Positions 58,555 to 64,000 of a stretch of DNA of 64,000 bases are shown here, one piece after another. Position 1 is the stretch's first letter; every line of letters begins with the position of its first letter. This DNA is from Lytechinus pictus. Its lineage: Eukaryota. The translations under genes were made by a program, and so were the position numbers. The stretch covers positions 17,050,001 through 17,114,000 of the forward strand of contig NC_087251.1 in the NCBI RefSeq assembly GCF_037042905.1. Reading direction: 5' to 3'. The notes beneath the pieces are model-generated. The model worked only from the letters and a program-made list of their open reading frames with translations. It did not search any database and was not told the DNA's origin.

Positions 58555-59124
58555 CCGTGTGGGTTAAAAAAAATTGACACCTCAACAATCCCCAATTAAA
58601 AAAAAAAATGTCATGAACGCATAATCATTATATATGGCTAAAAACGAGTATCTTCTCCCAAATAATTTAATACCATATTTATGTGGTATGTCTTCACGCT
58701 TTTACAATCAGTAAGTATTCTTGGCAGTGATGTAAATTTTGATTTGCGCCAAAGTAAAGCATGCCTGCAATGAATGAATCATGATGTCATAATCCTACAT
58801 GAGTTAGTAAACCTATTTACAAACCCATTTTCAATGAAATTAAATTTAGAATTGATACTAAAAAGAGTTATTAGATAAGTATTATGTAAATTACTGAAAA
58901 AGTGTTTTGAAACAAAAATAATTATTTAATGCAACCCTTGTAGGATCATGGTGATGGTAGGATTGTGACATCACTGACATCTGAATTCATCCATTGCAGT
59001 CATGCCTTATTTTGGCGCAAATCAAAATGCAAAGAATACATCCTGATCATGACGTATTTTCCCCTTAAATTTGGGCTTTGTGAGGTGTCAATTTTTATTA
59101 TTATTATTTTTTTTAATCACACGG
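58555..59124. mobile_element. Tc1/mariner-type MITE, ~570 bp
   Basis: TA|CCGTGTG..AAAAATTGACACCTCA and TGAGGTGTCAATTTTT..CACACGG|TA, with an internal inverted TTTTGATTTGCGCCAAA / TTTGGCGCAAATCAAAA. Confidence 0.8.
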
Positions 59125-61670
59125 TATATTTAGGTTAGTGTTGGAAATCCTTTTGATAAGGGTATCAGTCACTTCATTCACAAAAAAATTGTAATTTTAT
59201 CAATTTGGACAAAAGGTGCTAGTCGGCGAAATATGGATGATTTTACTTATTTTACTTATTTATGACGAAGTTGTCTGAATCCTGTCTGACATGGTTTGAT
59301 TGACAAAAGGTTAAATAAAGACTAAATGTTTCGATGGCGGATTTCTGGTTTTCCAAGGTCGGTTTCACAACTATATAGAGGTATGAGACTTGTAAAAAAA
59401 AAAAAGTAATGCTGGTGTGAAACACAATTGGTCTACATTCCATCGTCATTAGGTGATAAATATATTGACCATTGTGGTTACCAGAAAAATATGTTGTCGG
59501 AGTTAATACAATTACAATTCAATAATGATATAAAAATAGATCAAATGATCATAATGAACAAAACTGAATTATGATTTAAAGTGAATGCAACGTTCCGCGT
59601 GTGATGAATAATGATTTTTTTTTTAAATACAAAATTTTGGTAATTGCATGACAACAAACAAATCCGAAACAGACAAATTGATTAATAACGACCTCAGTGT
59701 TACAGGCGATCCGTATTGTCATGATCATTAATAAACAATGAATGTGCAAAATAATTTTCAGATCAAATTGGTTTTGAGTATTTAACAAATTAAACAAAAC
59801 GAAGAGATGCCGAGATTGTTATCAGATAAATTGAATTTAGAAAAAGATTGACATTGGTAACAGATTTGTATCTGCATAATCTAAAAATTATGTGGATTAT
59901 GCATGCTTTATGGTGATGATTATTATGAGCTAGTACACTATACATGCTTTCAATAAGAAAAAAATGATCTGTACTTTGAAATGCACAAACAATTCTAGTA
60001 ATCATGTTGAGTATTATATGAAATCAAATAATAAACAATCGTCATTATCTTCAAGGAGACCTCCAAGTGCAGTATATATACAAAAAACATTGAGAAGTAA
60101 AGCAGAAGGTAAACAAATTCATCAACATCGAGGGTACCTGAAGTTTTCAAACAAGAGTAAACACAATTTAGTAAAAAAATCCCTTGAATTCTACTATTTT
60201 TTCTTTTTCCTTTTAGATCTAGAATCGTACTCACTGACTTCTCTGTGATTCTATATATGTACTCTATATTAAAAAGATATGCCCTTTTTTATATAAGAAT
60301 TGGAATACATAAAAAAAAGAACTGTTTTATTACTAAGTTTGCTGATGGTGACGAATAAAAATGTAATTAAAACTTGAACTGCGATATTTGGAATCTAATT
60401 CACTTACTGTTCATCAGCTGTTGCTATGTCAGAAATCCTCGAACGAGCTTTCATGTCAGCAAGAATATTTGTGTGAAAAGTAAAGTTTAATAAGTTGTGA
60501 GGCAAGCAGTACGGATCAATCATGCACATTTATTTTTATTTCGATTGTATGAGCCCATTTTTTTTTACATTCAGCGAATAATAATTTATGATATAAGACA
60601 TGTCAGGCGAGATTTAAAAAAATCACAATTCGTGAATTTATAAAGCCGTGTGTTTTTAAGCAATGGCTTGTTGAACTTGAGGGAAGGGGCTGGGTTCCAA
60701 CTTATTTTGAGAACATGTTTTAACAATTAGGTTATTTACATTTCCATCAAAATGTAAAGTAATTTTCAAAACAAATCTACAAAATTGTCCATTATTCACT
60801 TTTTATAAACTCGCTTTCGAGTTGCCAGATATCATAGGCCCTAATTGTGTACGAAACTAACTTCTCCAGCGGAAAGGTCTCTATCCATGTTATCCCACTG
60901 TTTCGAAGAAATTAGAAGTAAGGAACGTGTAATAAGGTTGAGTAAAAACATAAATATTGAGGGTGAGACATAACGGAGGGGGGGGGGTTGGAGAATCAAG
61001 GAGGAAGAGAGAGGGTCGATCTCGTCCCCTTCCCCACCTTTCTGTGACATTAAATCTAAAAAAATAGCAGAATATTGACTATTGTGAGGAAGAAGAGAGA
61101 CGGAGGCATAGAAAGAGAGAGACAAGAACTAATAAACAGTCAGACAGACATACTGAAAGTTAACAGACAGAGGGAGGGGGAGGGGTAAGTGTTGGTTTTA
61201 AAGCCTCAACCATGTTGAAAACTAACATACATGTATGTAACTTATTAAACAGTCAATAATTTTGATCAAACCTAGATTCTCCAACAACGACATATTATGT
61301 CAATGTATGTGTCTGATCATTCCATGGATATACCAATTTCCTATTCTGATAAAGCTGTATGTTTCCAGGGTGAGAAAACCTTGGCAACGGAGTTCTGTGA
61401 AAGGGAAAGTTCTATTGCGTGTGAAAGAGAAATTCCATGTCTTAACAACCAATCAAAACCCACTTATCAACCCGTACCGAAGCACGCACCCACATCATTT
61501 TCCCCAAATATGGAAGAAGAGGGCGGGCAATAAGTGAACAGCAAACTTTACGAGGTTCTCTGGTTATAATTGGTGACACGCGCAGTGGGCTTCTACGGAC
61601 CGGTGGCACATAAACACGGATGACACGGACCGCGATGTTTGTGTTGGGGTTTTCTTGATAGTTATTTACA

Positions 61671-61678
61671 TATATAAA
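61671..61678 (+). promoter_or_regulatory. Candidate TATA box of the CYP gene
   Basis: TATATAAA about 290 bp upstream of the ATG, with a GC box GGGCGG at ~61521. Confidence 0.3.
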
Positions 61679-61964
61679 CAACAAATAGGAACAGATTTTG
61701 GACATTGGTAACCAGTCAGACTCTTAGCTTAGAGCTATGATGCTGAACTTCATCGTTAGGAATAGAGCAACCAGATACTGATACCGAAGTGGATTCCCCA
61801 GATAGATAGCATTTCTCTTTCGTTGAGTTTATTTCACTCCAGAGCTGCATTAAGTTGGTGATATGAATCCGATGCTTCTGGAGAAACATTAATAACGGAG
61901 AAAGCACTAGATTTAGTTCATATCTTCTTTTTATTTTCATGGTGACCAGTCAAGAGTTTTCACC

Positions 61965-62313
61965 ATGATGGTTCTTGGATTACAAACGATTCTCCTCTTT
62001 GTGCTGACGACTCTCGTGACGATGCTGGCAGTGCGGTGGTACCGTCAGAGGTCTGGTTTACCCGGGAAGCTTCCGCCAGGTCCGTGGGGCCTCCCGCTGA
62101 TCGGCAGCATATTCAGCTTGGGTAAACAGCCTCATCTAACCCTGATGGATATGGCCAAGAAGTACGGGAATGTCTTCACCCTCAACCTAGCTGGCCAGCT
62201 GGTTGTCGTCCTCAATGGTTATGAATCTGTCCGGGAGGCGTTGGTCAAGAAAGCTGGAGTATTCGCTGGTCGTCCACATCTGGCACTAACTCAAGAACTT
62301 ACCAAAGGACAGG
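61965..62313 (+). CDS. Cytochrome P450, CYP2-clan, first coding exon (gene continues beyond the window)
   Basis: N-terminal membrane anchor, basic stretch, PPGPWGLPLIG proline hinge, PHLTL..KKYGNVFTL and VVVLNGYESVREALV..FAGRP. Phase-1 donor CAGG|GTAAGA at 62313/62314. Confidence 0.92.
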
Positions 62314-63213
62314 GTAAGATAGTCATCTCACATTCATTTTCAATATCAAGTGTTTTTTTTTTGTTCCGTCACATTTTTTTTTCATTAAAAGTCATCACGT
62401 AGGCCAATTTATAAATATTTTTGTCCAACATCGAATCATGTAACTTCGTAAACCAGGTTATCTCTTATTTGTGTGGACTCTGCTCAAGGGTATGCTACTC
62501 TGTCATTTTTTAAAGAAGTAAAAAAACTGAAGATTACTATCGCCAACGTCGCTAGTTCACGATAACAGTATAAAAGAACACAATGAAACGCCCCCCAGAA
62601 AAAAAGAGAAAACTACCTGTGACAAAATGTATAGATGGTACTGTACTCATATACTTGCAAACGAATTATTAACATTCTTGACTTTGTAGAGACAATTATT
62701 GACTGAGAAAAAATGAAATATTTACTCTACCCAACTCCTAGCCAATTCGCTAGTTTTTAGTCATACCAAAATCAGAATATTTTCTCAAATTCTGTAACTT
62801 CTCTGTAATCTGTCCTCGACTGTATTGTTGGAAGAAATATATAGGGATCGATAATACCTAACTGGGAGATAAACCTTTTTGTTGGTATGTTCATAGACCT
62901 ACTACTCTGAGAGAAGTAGGTCCATGGTATACTTCTATAATCACCAGAAAAGGAAGAAGATGTTTGTACACAGATTTGCAGCCGTTTCATCAAGTCTGTA
63001 TTTTGATGAATAGATAGTCGGCATGGACAAGGTGGTGATAATATTTATCTTGCACTTTCGGCACGTTTCAATACAATTTATATCGTTTTGATCACAATTC
63101 ATGAAGATGGACTTTGGCATGTATTCAATAATTCAACCGAATGTAAATGGTGTATATTAGCCCAGTAATATTTGCTATTTGATTTGAAGTGATTGAGTAT
63201 TTATTATTGAGTA

Positions 63214-63468
63214 CACTCTAAAAAATATTGGGTAAAAGTGCTCCATGAAGGTAATTGTGTGTCCAACCAACATTGGGCATTTTGGGGGGGCATTTTTTAT
63301 GTATCCAGTGTTATGACAATTCTGCCCATTCTAAAGAAATTGCTGCTTATTTTTTTAACCTTACTGGACAAGATGCTTCGCGCATTTGGTAAAATACTGC
63401 CCCAAATTGGTTGGACACATAATTACCCTCGTGGTGGTAAAAATTTAACCAAATATTTTTTTACAGTG
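63214..63468. mobile_element. MITE with CACT termini and TA flanks in the CYP intron
   Basis: TA|CACTCTAAAAAATATTGGGTAAAA ... TTTAACCAAATATTTTTTTACAGTG|TA. Confidence 0.78.
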
Positions 63469-64000
63469 TATAGTATGCGGAGGTAAATAATAAATGCTAT
63501 CTCATTTTAGGCCGATAGATCCGTGATGTCTTTATAAATGTGGCGGATGGGGGGGGGGGGGGGTAAAGGCAAAATGAAAATATGCAACAATGTCGAGAAA
63601 TTGAGAAACTATGCGTTCTAAATGTCCACTAATTGGATACGTGTTGTCCAAACTGGTTATTCACCTCTAGCTTTTCGATTTTTGTCCGGTGCTCTTAATA
63701 AATCGATAAGGCGGCTTGTTACGGAACATAGTTCCATCCCATAGCCTACTGTACAATGAACCGCAGGATAGACGTACCCACTGGTAGTACTTTCGTTAGT
63801 ATTTAAAAGTGTCATGTTAATCGATAATATTGAGTGAGTCACAAATAGCTAAAACAACTACATCGGCATGTTCGTGTAGGTAACAGCAAACTCGTTGATT
63901 ATGACAAACTGGTTGTGATTTATGACTCTACCTTGAACATAATTAATTAGACATGTGTTGGTACCATAGCTATCAATTAATCATCTCACACCATTTTGGT

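Noticed and set aside
61297-61533. 78-aa ORF or exon-like segment upstream of the CYP
   Set aside because: No recognisable homology or linked exons; it overlaps the probable CYP promoter region.

Overview
AT-rich, intron-containing animal genomic DNA. The repeat content and gene style suggest a sea urchin or other invertebrate deuterostome, which is inference only. From left to right: (1) the last six coding exons of a thrombospondin (+). (2) A tandem cluster of five intact glycoside hydrolase family 1 (GH1, lactase-phlorizin hydrolase/GBA3-like) beta-glucosidase genes plus one decayed fragment. All five share a four-exon scaffold (exon 2 is exactly 475 nt in each) and intact TFNEP and (I/V)TENG catalytic motifs, but their termini differ: one cytosolic, two signal peptide plus GPI-like tail, one secreted, and one that splices in frame into a complete zona pellucida (ZP) module with furin site, transmembrane helix and dileucine tail. 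(3) The first exon of a CYP2-clan cytochrome P450. Intergenic and intronic DNA carries many MITEs, SINEs and a nested transposon stack. The most notable item is the predicted 896-aa GH1-ZP-TM fusion, a candidate filament-forming glycosidase. A downstream ZP-less relic copy suggests the ZP cassette was gained or lost by phase-1 exon shuffling. All gene models were built by hand from GT-AG sites and reading frame, with no transcript evidence.
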